In this document: positions 1-8,350 of the stretch, one piece after another
How the letters are laid out: each line of letters begins with the position of its first letter
How positions within the stretch are numbered: position 1 is the first letter of the stretch
NCBI GenBank assembly: GCA_951812955.1
Contig: OX638340.1
Span: forward strand, 2,592,001 to 2,656,000
Length of the DNA: 64,000 nucleotides
Source: an uncultured Gemmatimonadota bacterium
Lineage (GTDB): Bacteria; JAAXHH01
Reading direction: 5' to 3'
Notes under the pieces: model-generated
Seen by the model: the letters and a program-made list of their open reading frames with translations, nothing else
Database searches by the model: none
What the model was told of the DNA's origin: nothing
Translations under genes and position numbers: made by a program

Positions 1-313
1 AGGAGGGCCAGGAAGATCACCGCACAACTGGCCAGCGTGTTTCCCACGTATCTGCGTGCGTCCGCCGCGTATTTCCCCGATATGAAGTAGAAGACGCTCT
101 CGATCAGCCCGGCGGCGAACAGGTACGCGAATCCGGCGGTCAGAATGCCGTACCTGTAAGGCGCCAGGTATTCCGGATCGAAGAAATGGGCGACGACGAT
201 CGACTGGAGTACCTGGAGCGCGCTCGCACCGAGCAGCGCGGTATAGAGTATGACCGCCGCGTTTCGTTTAGACATGGTCCCGTCAGGCGGTGGACCTGCA
301 CCGGCGGTAAGGC

Positions 314-1645
314 TCAGACCCCGTCCCTCAGTATCTCCGCGACGGCGGCGACGGCGCGGTCCGCCTCGTCGAGCGTGTTATAGATATGTGGGGAAAGCCG
401 GACGTTGGGCCCCATGCCCGCGCCGGCCACATGGTACGTGTCGTAGAGCTTTGCGAAGACCTTGCGCGGGTCGAGATCACCTGGTTTGAAGATGACCACG
501 CCGCCGGAGAGCGCGGGGTCCATGGACGTGGAGAGTGTCACGCCGGGCAGTTCGGTAAGGCCTTCCTTGATGGCCGTGGCCACCTGCCGCATGCGGGCCT
601 CCACGCGGTCCGGTCCGATCTTCTCGTGGAAATCGACCCCCCGGCCCGTGGCCGTCAGCGCGGCGTCGTCCCGCTGGCCGAGAACTTCGTACTTTCGGGC
701 GCTATCCACGTCGTCCCGCCATCCGGCGCTCACGATACTGGGCCAGACGGCGTCCTGGCTGTCTTTCCGGACGTACAGCACGCCGACTTCCTTAGGCCCC
801 ATGAACCACTTGTGGGCGCTTCCGGAGTACGCGTCGCAGCCCATGTCGGCGAGATCGATCTTCAGGGCCCCGAAACTCTGGGCGCCGTCGACGAGGGAAA
901 ACACGCCCCGTTCCCGCGCCGTCGCACAGAGCTGCCTGGCCGGCATGGAAAGTCCCGTCGTGTTGGACACGTGGGTGAAGGACATCACCTTCGTCGCCGG
1001 GGTGTACGCCCGTTCGAAGGCATCGATGATTTCGTCCTCGCCGCCTGGAATCAAGGGAACCGACACGTAGTTGATCTTAAATCCGTAACGTCTGGACTTG
1101 ACCTCCCACGCCGATTTGTTCGAGGGATGGTTCAGGTCGGACAGGAGCACCTCGTCACCCGTCTGGAGGTGGTAACCGGAACTGATGGCGTTGTTGGCTT
1201 CGCTCGTGTTCCGCACCAGTGCGATTTCATCGGGATGAGCACCCAGGAGCCGCGCCATCTTCTCGCGGGTATCCTCCCGGATCTGCCGGTATTTGATCCT
1301 GTTCTGGAAGGACGCGTCGTAATCCAGGTCGCGGGTATACTTGAAGACCGCTTCCATCACGGGAAAGGGTGACGGGCAAAGGTTGGCGGCGTTCATCAGG
1401 GCCAGGTTGTCCCGGAGGAGGAACTGGTTCCGGACCGCGTGCCAGTACCGTTCGTCGCCGGGGTCTGTGCCGGAGACGGCCGTGTCCAGGTCCTGTGGAG
1501 GCGAAGCGGCGGTGGAGGTGCCGTAACCGGCGACGAGGGCGCCGCCCGCGGCGATACCGCCGGCCAGCCGTTTCATGAACGATCGGCGGGATTCCTGCCA
1601 CGCCGACTCTGGAATACTCTCGATTTTCAATTCGTCCTGGATCAT
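314..1645 (-). CDS. Class-V aminotransferase (PLP-dependent; isopenicillin-N epimerase/cysteine desulfurase-like) with Tat signal peptide
   Basis: Long ORF with the PLP-lysine motif 'SGSAHKWFMGPKEVG'. The N-terminal twin-arginine motif 'SRRSFMKRLAGGIAAGGALVAG' fits the S-R-R-x-F-L-K consensus. Start placed at the ATG at 1645, which has a GGAGG Shine-Dalgarno 8 nt upstream. The ORF as called ran to 1696. Confidence 0.8.
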   Translation of the reverse strand: MIQDELKIESIPESAWQESRRSFMKRLAGGIAAGGALVAGYGTSTAASPPQDLDTAVSGTDPGDERYWHAVRNQFLLRDNLALMNAANLCPSPFPVMEAVFKYTRDLDYDASFQNRIKYRQIREDTREKMARLLGAHPDEIALVRNTSEANNAISSGYHLQTGDEVLLSDLNHPSNKSAWEVKSRRYGFKINYVSVPLIPGGEDEIIDAFERAYTPATKVMSFTHVSNTTGLSMPARQLCATARERGVFSLVDGAQSFGALKIDLADMGCDAYSGSAHKWFMGPKEVGVLYVRKDSQDAVWPSIVSAGWRDDVDSARKYEVLGQRDDAALTATGRGVDFHEKIGPDRVEARMRQVATAIKEGLTELPGVTLSTSMDPALSGGVVIFKPGDLDPRKVFAKLYDTYHVAGAGMGPNVRLSPHIYNTLDEADRAVAAVAEILRDGV

Positions 1646-1714
1646 CCTTAAGCCTCCGGATGTGAGGGATAGGGACGCCGCGGAGCGGGATCCCATCGCT
1701 AGAAATCCACTTGG

Positions 1715-2512
1715 CTAGAAATCCACCGCAATTCCGAGGTGGGCTGTAATGAGATCGGTGGTCGACTTGGTTATGTTGAGTTCGGCCGTACCCGACCTGC
1801 GGACGATGTCGCCCCGCTTCAGGTAGTCGGCCTCGGACCCGTCATGGTAGCGCATCCTGACATCCAGGGATACGGACCGCACGGTGCGGTTCTGCGACGT
1901 CCGGTCTTCGCCGGCTCCCCACACCTCGATCAGCACCCCGCCGCCCACACCCTTGGTAAATGCGAAATCATCGAGGTTCGTGGAACTGGCGATCTCCTCT
2001 CCGCTGAGACGGGGAAGGTTCTCGATCGCCGTACTCGTGAAAAGGTAGTGGAAGCCCACGACGCCTTCTACGTAGAAACGCAGTGGGGCGGTGGTACCGG
2101 TCATCAGACGAAGAAAGGCGTTCATCGAAAAGATGTTGTTCTCGGTGACCACGTCGACGAGGACGTCGGGGATGGTAAGGCTGAATTGCTCGGTGCGCCG
2201 CTCGTGGCCGTAGATCATGTAACCCAGGTCTAGGCCAATCACGGCCGGTGTACGGGGGATTATGTAGCCCACGAACCCGGACACGCCGATCCCCGGGTTC
2301 TTGACATTGTCGCCGAATTCGCCCGTCGGAAATCCGCCGAGGATGCCGATCCCGGTGATAACGACGGGGGGCACGTCCGCGGTTTCCCCTTCCTGCGCGT
2401 TGGCCGGCGCCGGACGCGCCAGGAGTACCAGTCCGACAAGGGCCGCTATGAACGTGGGATAGGTTGCGCGTCGAGTTATTCGGCTAAATATCCGGCGGAA
2501 AATGCGCTGCAT
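1715..2512 (-). CDS. Outer-membrane beta-barrel protein (OmpA/OmpW-like porin fold), signal peptide
   Basis: Signal peptide 'MQRIFRR...ALVGLVLLARPAPANAQ'. Alternating hydrophobic beta-strand pattern and a C-terminal aromatic residue (…GIAVDF). The start is ambiguous, with in-frame candidates at 2512, 2545 and 2572. Confidence 0.55.
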   Translation of the reverse strand: MQRIFRRIFSRITRRATYPTFIAALVGLVLLARPAPANAQEGETADVPPVVITGIGILGGFPTGEFGDNVKNPGIGVSGFVGYIIPRTPAVIGLDLGYMIYGHERRTEQFSLTIPDVLVDVVTENNIFSMNAFLRLMTGTTAPLRFYVEGVVGFHYLFTSTAIENLPRLSGEEIASSTNLDDFAFTKGVGGGVLIEVWGAGEDRTSQNRTVRSVSLDVRMRYHDGSEADYLKRGDIVRRSGTAELNITKSTTDLITAHLGIAVDF

Positions 2513-2585
2513 TGGGAAGGTGTGTATTCGAGGTTGTGATTTATGCATGGCAGTTCGGGCCTTCCTGATCAACCGCTTGTCGGAC

Positions 2586-3119
2586 TCAGGACGGTAGCTC
2601 TCCGATTTTGGCGAACACGGCGGACCACCGCGTTCGGTGACTGTCCTCTATAAAGTCGGGTACGAATCCCAGGCCGAGATAGGTCCTGATGGCCGGCACG
2701 CGAAAATCATCCGTACCCAGAAAGGCGGCCTGGTAACCATGATCACGCATATAATGAAGCACGGCCAGGGTTACGAGGCGCCCCAATCCCCGCCCCCGGT
2801 GGGCGGGTTTCGCGCATACCATGTGAACCTGCGCGGCGTTGACCCCTTCGGGTGGATTGTCGTAGGCGCAGGCCGTGGCCACGCCCTCCTCGGATTTCGT
2901 TACGAAGAAGCAGCCGTCCGGCAGAAACGGTTCCCGGCCGGTCACTTCCTCCCGGCACTTCTCGACGGTCCAGCCCGTGCCGATGCCCGTGTTCATGATC
3001 TCGCACCAGGCTGCTTCGTCGCCGGGCCGGTAGGTCCTCAGCGCATACCCCGCCGGCACGCCGATTCCCGGAAGGTTATTCAGGTCGGGGCGTACCATCC
3101 GAAGCTGACGTTCAGGCAT
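2586..3119 (-). CDS. GNAT family N-acetyltransferase
   Basis: Acetyl-CoA binding motif 'RGRGLGRLVTLAV' and GNAT-like length and layout. Confidence 0.75.
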   Translation of the reverse strand: MPERQLRMVRPDLNNLPGIGVPAGYALRTYRPGDEAAWCEIMNTGIGTGWTVEKCREEVTGREPFLPDGCFFVTKSEEGVATACAYDNPPEGVNAAQVHMVCAKPAHRGRGLGRLVTLAVLHYMRDHGYQAAFLGTDDFRVPAIRTYLGLGFVPDFIEDSHRTRWSAVFAKIGELPS

Positions 3120-3133
3120 GGACGCCCCGTCCT

Positions 3134-3901
3134 CTACACGTCACATCCGACGCTCCGCAGGTGCGCCACCGAATCCGCCACGCGCCGGCAGGTCTCGTCC
3201 TCGTCAAGCGATTCGCCTTCCACGCCTTCGATTTCCATGGTGAAAGGCCCATAGAACCCGTGGCCGTTCAACCGGTCGAAAACCGCCTTGAAATCGACGA
3301 TTCCCACGCCGAAGGTCGGGAAACACCAGGTCTTGTAACTGCCGTCCGTATCCTTGAGATGCATGCTGCCGATGTAGTCGATGACCTTAACCATCTCGTC
3401 GACGTGGTCCACGTCCCGGTTGTAGTAGTGGATGTTGGCCGTGTCGTAATTCACTCGGATGTTGGGGTGATCGACGCCGCGCATGGTCTCCACCGCGACA
3501 GCCGCGTTGGTGATCAGGTCGGGATGGGTTTCCATGCCGATGGTGATCCCGTACTCGGCGGCCTTTATCCCCGCGCGGTGCAACCGCTCGTAGACCACTT
3601 TCTTGTCCAGTTCCCCGGCCTGCACGCTCACGAAGAGCAATCCGGCGCCCAGGGCCGCGGCGGCATCCAGGTGCGGGGTCAGCCGCGCGTCCACGTCGTC
3701 GTGCTCGACTTCCACCGGACACTGCAGACTGCTGGCCGACAGACCGTGACGTTCGAGCCTGGCCTTGACCTCGTCTATCCGGTCCGGCGCGGGCGCGTCG
3801 ATTTCCACGTGATGAACACCGATCGTGGGCAGATGGGCATAGGCGGAATCGCTGAATTTTCCGTAGCTTGCCGTTCGGCACGCAAGCAGGTTGGCGGGCA
3901 T
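3134..3901 (-). CDS. Sugar phosphate isomerase/epimerase (xylose-isomerase-like TIM barrel)
   Basis: 255-aa ORF carrying the AP-endonuclease-2/xylose-isomerase-like TIM-barrel signatures 'GMETH' and 'HLKD'. Confidence 0.7.
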   Translation of the reverse strand: MPANLLACRTASYGKFSDSAYAHLPTIGVHHVEIDAPAPDRIDEVKARLERHGLSASSLQCPVEVEHDDVDARLTPHLDAAAALGAGLLFVSVQAGELDKKVVYERLHRAGIKAAEYGITIGMETHPDLITNAAVAVETMRGVDHPNIRVNYDTANIHYYNRDVDHVDEMVKVIDYIGSMHLKDTDGSYKTWCFPTFGVGIVDFKAVFDRLNGHGFYGPFTMEIEGVEGESLDEDETCRRVADSVAHLRSVGCDV

Positions 3902-3998
3902 AAGGATCCTTCTTTCGGGAAGCGTTACGTGTGCGGACGGGATGCGTACCTTTCAAAATATAACCGAAGGGTACGAGGGGGTCAAGATATCGTACCGG

Positions 3999-5474
3999 TC
4001 AGATGCCCCGATTTCCCGCTAACCATTTCATCAGGCCTTCAGCGGGCAATTCGGATTTCAGGATGGGCGTCCGTACGCCCTGGGTCCGCAGCAGGGCTTC
4101 GGCGCCCTGGTAACCGCTGCGCACCGCGCTTTCCATGGTAGCCGGCCAGCCCGTCTGTACCCAGTCGCCGGCGAGGAAGAAATTGGAAAGGGGACTGGAT
4201 GGACCGGGGCGCAGTGCGTCGCAACCGGGGTTGGGCGCGAACGTCGCCCTGCCCTCCTTGACGACGATGGCCTTGAGCAGTTCTGCCTGGCGTACGGCGG
4301 GCAGCAGGGACCTGAGATCTTCCATGGCCTGATCGATGATCATCTGTCGCGGCATTTTCATCCATTCATCGGAAGCACTGACTACGAGTCCGAGATAGGC
4401 TCCGTCGTTTTCCATGGCGTTGGTCCCGTCGTTTTCCACGGAGTTGGCTCCGGAGTGCCGATTGGACTGGTTGAATATCCACTGTATCCTCCTTCCGATC
4501 ACCGCGGCGTAGTCCAGTTCCGTCACGGGCCGGTCGAACCAGACGTGGACGGCCGTGATGGGAGAAACCGACAGCCCGGCAAGCATCGCGAAGTAGGGAT
4601 TCGAGGCTTGGCTTTGCGGCAGCAGCCGGCACAAAACATCGAATGGCAGGGCCGAAAGGTATGCCCCGGCCTCGACGGTCGAACCGTCCTGCAGCGAGAT
4701 GGAAGCCACCTTGCCGCCGTGGACGGCAATGCCGGTAACGCCCCGGTTGAACACGACGCGGCCGCCCCGCCGTTCGATGTAATCTATGCACGGCGCGTAC
4801 AGGTCTCCCAGCGGAACGGCGGGCAGCCCCACCTCGTACCCTCGGCGATTGATCAGAAAGGCCCGAACGGCCGTCCCGATTCCGTAATCGGCATCGATGT
4901 CGTCCAGTTCATCGTTGAGCGCACTGATTAGAAAGGGTTTCCAGAAGGCTTCGATGGCCCGCTTCGTTGCGCCGTGGGCTAGAAGCCAGGCAGACATGGA
5001 AACCGGAGACGGTGCTTCGGCGGCCTGATGTGTTTCCGGATAGCCGGTATTCCGTGATCTCATGACGTGGCGGACCATGCCGGCCACGGTGCGGACGATC
5101 GACAGCTTGTCCCGGATTCCCATCGTTTTAAGCCGGAGGAACGATGGAAGCAGGTGCAGGGGCGCGGGGAGACCCGAGGGCCCGATGACCGAAACGCGGT
5201 TGGACTCGTCGATGAATGGAATGGTCTCGTGAAAGTCGATATGGTTCGCGACGCCGAGACGGTCGTAGAAGTCCAGGAGGTTAACACAGCAGCCCAGGAG
5301 CACGTGCTGGCAGTTGTCCACCCGCTCGCCGCTTGACGGGTGTATGAAGGAGGTGGCGCGGCCGCCCAGGATTGGACGTCTTTCGTACAGTTCGACCTCG
5401 AAACCGGCATCGGCCAGCGCAACCGCGCCGGCCAGTCCAGCCAGCCCGCCACCGATTACGATTACCTGGCTCAT
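3999..5474 (-). CDS. hpnE: Hydroxysqualene dehydroxylase HpnE (FAD-dependent amine oxidase family)
   Basis: N-terminal Rossmann dinucleotide motif 'VIVIGGGLAGLAGAVALADAGFEVELYERR'. Amine-oxidase/phytoene-desaturase-like length. Its ATG overlaps the stop of the upstream HpnD gene in an ATGA arrangement, and it sits in hpnC-hpnD-hpnE order. Confidence 0.8.
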   Translation of the reverse strand: MSQVIVIGGGLAGLAGAVALADAGFEVELYERRPILGGRATSFIHPSSGERVDNCQHVLLGCCVNLLDFYDRLGVANHIDFHETIPFIDESNRVSVIGPSGLPAPLHLLPSFLRLKTMGIRDKLSIVRTVAGMVRHVMRSRNTGYPETHQAAEAPSPVSMSAWLLAHGATKRAIEAFWKPFLISALNDELDDIDADYGIGTAVRAFLINRRGYEVGLPAVPLGDLYAPCIDYIERRGGRVVFNRGVTGIAVHGGKVASISLQDGSTVEAGAYLSALPFDVLCRLLPQSQASNPYFAMLAGLSVSPITAVHVWFDRPVTELDYAAVIGRRIQWIFNQSNRHSGANSVENDGTNAMENDGAYLGLVVSASDEWMKMPRQMIIDQAMEDLRSLLPAVRQAELLKAIVVKEGRATFAPNPGCDALRPGPSSPLSNFFLAGDWVQTGWPATMESAVRSGYQGAEALLRTQGVRTPILKSELPAEGLMKWLAGNRGI

Positions 5475-6406
5475 ACGCGCTTTCGGATCAGCGCCCGGGC
5501 CGTGATGGAGATTTTCTTCCATGGGGACAGGCCGATGCGCTGGCTATACACGTCGTACTGGCGACGGGGGATTTCTTCAAGGCACGCCCGGTAGATGCCG
5601 ATCATGGCCGCCAGACACGCCCTGCTTGAGAACTGAACCTTCGGAAGGAGCGGCAGCGCTGCGTCGTAGTAGCTTCTGGCGCGTTCCACCTGGAATTCCA
5701 TCAGTCGCCGGAACGAATCGTCTAAAAGTCCGTTCCGCAGACGTTCCTCCGGGTACCCGAAGGCGTCAAGGTCCTCCTGCGGCAGGTAGATACGGCCCAT
5801 CCCCGCGTCCTCCCTCAGGTCGCGCAGTATATTTGTCAGCTGAAAGGCGATGCCACAGGACTCGGCGTGTTTTTTGGCTTCCGCGCCATTGAATCCGAAG
5901 ATGTGTATGCACACCAGTCCGACGGCGGAAGCCACGCGGTAGCAGTACTGGTAAAGTTCTTCGAAGGTGGCGTAACGCGTCACCGTAAGGTCCATTTGCG
6001 CGCCGTCGATAATGGCGTCGAAGTACGCTCTCGGGATGTCGTATCTCCCCACCGTGTCCCTGAATGCCGGCAACAGCCCGCGGACGTCGGGCGGTGTTTC
6101 GCCATAGGCGTCGGCCGGTGGTCCGTCATATGCGTCGGGCGGTGGTCCGTCATAGGCGCGGTCCAGGGACTCGCGGCAGGCGTTCAACCGGTTTTCCTTG
6201 TCCGCCTCCCCGGCCTCCTCGTCGACGATGTCGTCGCAGTAGCGCATGAAGGCGTACACGGCGCACATGGCCCGTCGCCGTTCAGCCGGCAGGACGATAA
6301 AGGAATAGTAGAAGTTCTTAGCCCTCGATTTCGCGATTTCGCGGCAGAAATCATAGGAGCGCTTCAACGATTCCGGATCGGCAGATTGTTTTTTCACAGG
6401 GTTCAT
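5471..6406 (-). CDS. hpnD: Presqualene diphosphate synthase HpnD (squalene/phytoene synthase family)
   Basis: 'NFYYSFIVLPAERRRAMCAVYAFMRYCDDIVDE' matches the HpnD/CrtB Asp-rich motif 1, and 'YLPQEDL' matches motif 2. The gene also contains an internal 24-bp tandem duplication encoding 'YDGPPPDAYDGPPADAY'. Confidence 0.85.
   Translation of the reverse strand: MNPVKKQSADPESLKRSYDFCREIAKSRAKNFYYSFIVLPAERRRAMCAVYAFMRYCDDIVDEEAGEADKENRLNACRESLDRAYDGPPPDAYDGPPADAYGETPPDVRGLLPAFRDTVGRYDIPRAYFDAIIDGAQMDLTVTRYATFEELYQYCYRVASAVGLVCIHIFGFNGAEAKKHAESCGIAFQLTNILRDLREDAGMGRIYLPQEDLDAFGYPEERLRNGLLDDSFRRLMEFQVERARSYYDAALPLLPKVQFSSRACLAAMIGIYRACLEEIPRRQYDVYSQRIGLSPWKKISITARALIRKRV
6103..6160. repeat. Intragenic 24-bp tandem duplication (about 2.3 copies) inside hpnD
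   Basis: 'cataggcgtcggccggtggtccgt' is followed by 'catatgcgtcgggcggtggtccgt', then by the partial 'cataggcgcggtcc'. Confidence 0.8.
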
Positions 6407-6475
6407 GACAACGGCGTTCCATCGTTACGTACAACGAGCACGGTTCGACGAGTACGGTTCGACGCGCACGACCCA

Positions 6476-7435
6476 CTAAGGGGTCGCGGACGGTCCGGTC
6501 CGGTTCCAGATCCGTTTCAGTGCGTATTTCACAAACAGGCTGGTCTTTCGGGCGGGCGACAGGGTGGGCCGACTGGACAGCACGTCGTAACGCCGTCTTT
6601 CGATCTGGTCGAGCAGGGCGGAGCCACAGCGGTTGAACAGTTCGATGTCCAGCCGGACCCGCCCGTCCAACATCCCGCACAACCCGAGCCCCTCATCGAA
6701 CAGCGCTCGCGTCCTGTTCACCTGGTACGCCATCAGTCTCCTGAAACGCTCGTCGACGACCCCGGCCTCGAGGTCCGCCTCGGTGTAATGGTACCGATCC
6801 AGGTCCTCCTGGGGCAAGTAGATCCTGCCTTTTTCCAGGTCCACCCTGACGTCCTGCCAGAAGTTGGCCAGCTGGAGCGCGGTACACGTAGCGTCGGAAA
6901 GGACCTGGCGTTCATTGTCCCGGTGGCCGCACAGGTAGAGCACGAGGTGGCCCACCGGATTGGCGGAGTACCGACAGTATTCGAGCACATCCGCGTAGGT
7001 CCTGTAACGCGTTACGACCTGGTCTTGCCGGAACGCGGTCAGCAAGTCTCGAAACGGGGTTATGGGTATCTCGAATCGGTCGATCGTCTCCCGGAGGGCG
7101 ATGAATACCGGATGCCGGGCGCTACCGTCGTAACAGGCCTGCAACTCGGCGTCCCACCAATCGAGCAGTTCCAGGGAAAGGCCGGTATCGCCGGTTTCGT
7201 CGGCGAGGTCGTCGGACCACCGGCAGTAGGCGTAGACATGGTAGAAGTGCTGCCGCAGCGCGGTGGGCAGGAACCGGGAAACGACAATGAAATTCTCGTA
7301 GTGCTGGCGTGCGAGGTGGCTGCAGTACCGGGTAGCGGACGCCAGGGAGGCGTCGCCGGCGCCGGGCAGCGCGTCGAGGGCGAGGTGATCGAACCGGCGC
7401 ATGGCTTCAGGCAGGTAGTCGGGTAGCTGGGACAT
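6476..7435 (-). CDS. hpnC: Hydroxysqualene synthase HpnC (squalene/phytoene synthase family)
   Basis: 'HYENFIVVSRFLP' matches the HpnC-type N-terminus. Asp-rich motifs 'YCRWSDDLADE' and 'YLPQEDL'. Placed first in the hpnCDE operon. Confidence 0.85.
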   Translation of the reverse strand: MSQLPDYLPEAMRRFDHLALDALPGAGDASLASATRYCSHLARQHYENFIVVSRFLPTALRQHFYHVYAYCRWSDDLADETGDTGLSLELLDWWDAELQACYDGSARHPVFIALRETIDRFEIPITPFRDLLTAFRQDQVVTRYRTYADVLEYCRYSANPVGHLVLYLCGHRDNERQVLSDATCTALQLANFWQDVRVDLEKGRIYLPQEDLDRYHYTEADLEAGVVDERFRRLMAYQVNRTRALFDEGLGLCGMLDGRVRLDIELFNRCGSALLDQIERRRYDVLSSRPTLSPARKTSLFVKYALKRIWNRTGPSATP

Positions 7436-7495
7436 GGCCGGTTCGCGTACCCCTCGTTCTCGTTCCGGCCATGGTTCAGCCGGGATTACGCCGCT

Positions 7496-8143
7496 CTATC
7501 CGCCGCTGCAGGCGAATTCCAGTACGAGTTCCTCTTCGAGACGGTATTCGATGAGGTCCTTGATTGTGGCGATCTTCAGATGATGCTCTTCGGCGATTTC
7601 GATCAACCGGGGAAGACGGGCCATGGAGCCGTCCACATCCAGCACCTCGCACAGGACGCCCGCGGGGTAAAGGCCGGCCAGCCTCATCAGGTCGACCGTG
7701 GCCTCGGTGTGTCCGTCCCTTTCCAGCACGCCTCCGTCCCGTGCCTGCAACGGGAAGAGATGTCCCGGCCGTTCGAAGTCTTCCGGCGCCGTATCCGGGC
7801 TCACGAACAACTGGGCGCTGATCGCCCTGTCATGGGCGGAAATGCCGGATGTCACGCCGTTTACGGCATCTACGGACACCGTGAAGGGCGTGTCCGCGAT
7901 CGACGTCTTTCCGTTGACCATGATCGGAATATCCAGCTCTTCAAGCCGCTGCTTCGTGGTGGGCAGACAGATCAGTCCCCGTCCATGCCTCGCCATGAAG
8001 TTGATGATTTCGGGCGTGACTCTCTCGGCGGATACCATGAAGTCGCCCTCGTTCTCGCGGTTTTCGTCGTCGATGACGATCAGTACACGTCCCGCCCTGA
8101 CTTCTTCCACGGCTTCGGGAATGGTACAGAAATGGGATAACAT
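7496..8143 (-). CDS. ribB: 3,4-dihydroxy-2-butanone 4-phosphate synthase
   Basis: 'VLIVIDDENRENEGDFMVSAE' is a canonical RibB motif. The 215-aa length indicates a monofunctional RibB. AGGAG Shine-Dalgarno upstream of the start. Confidence 0.9.
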   Translation of the reverse strand: MLSHFCTIPEAVEEVRAGRVLIVIDDENRENEGDFMVSAERVTPEIINFMARHGRGLICLPTTKQRLEELDIPIMVNGKTSIADTPFTVSVDAVNGVTSGISAHDRAISAQLFVSPDTAPEDFERPGHLFPLQARDGGVLERDGHTEATVDLMRLAGLYPAGVLCEVLDVDGSMARLPRLIEIAEEHHLKIATIKDLIEYRLEEELVLEFACSGG

Positions 8144-8350
8144 GCTCCTACCCCCCTTTTCTCGGGTTTAATAAAACATGAACGATACGGTCTCACAATC
8201 GGATTCGCAACCTGGTGGAAGATTAGACTTATGCTCATAGGGGGATTATATTCATTACTGGTATGGAATGCATGAGGTCCCAGTGAGTATTCTGTGAGCA
8301 ATGTGTGAATACTTCGATTTTCGCTACGAAATTCATCCACTGAGCCCCGA

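Noticed and set aside
386-1372. Long antisense and alternate-frame ORFs overlapping real genes (for example 386..1372+, 5867..7426+, 3161..4141+, 18686..19297+, 19415..20260+, 21787..22692+, 25705..27075+, 40086..41720+, 46199..48166+)
   Set aside because: These are typical high-GC shadow ORFs. Their translations are Arg/Pro/Gly-rich low-complexity sequences with no motifs, and they lie opposite strongly supported genes.
8144-8350. Possible FMN riboswitch in the ribB 5' leader
   Set aside because: The reverse-complement leader has only a weak 'UUCGGGGC...GAAUUUCG' resemblance. The conserved FMN-element cores (GGGUGAAAUUCCC, CCGACAGUAUAGUC, GGAUG) are absent. It is treated as an ordinary divergent promoter region unless an Rfam scan finds otherwise.
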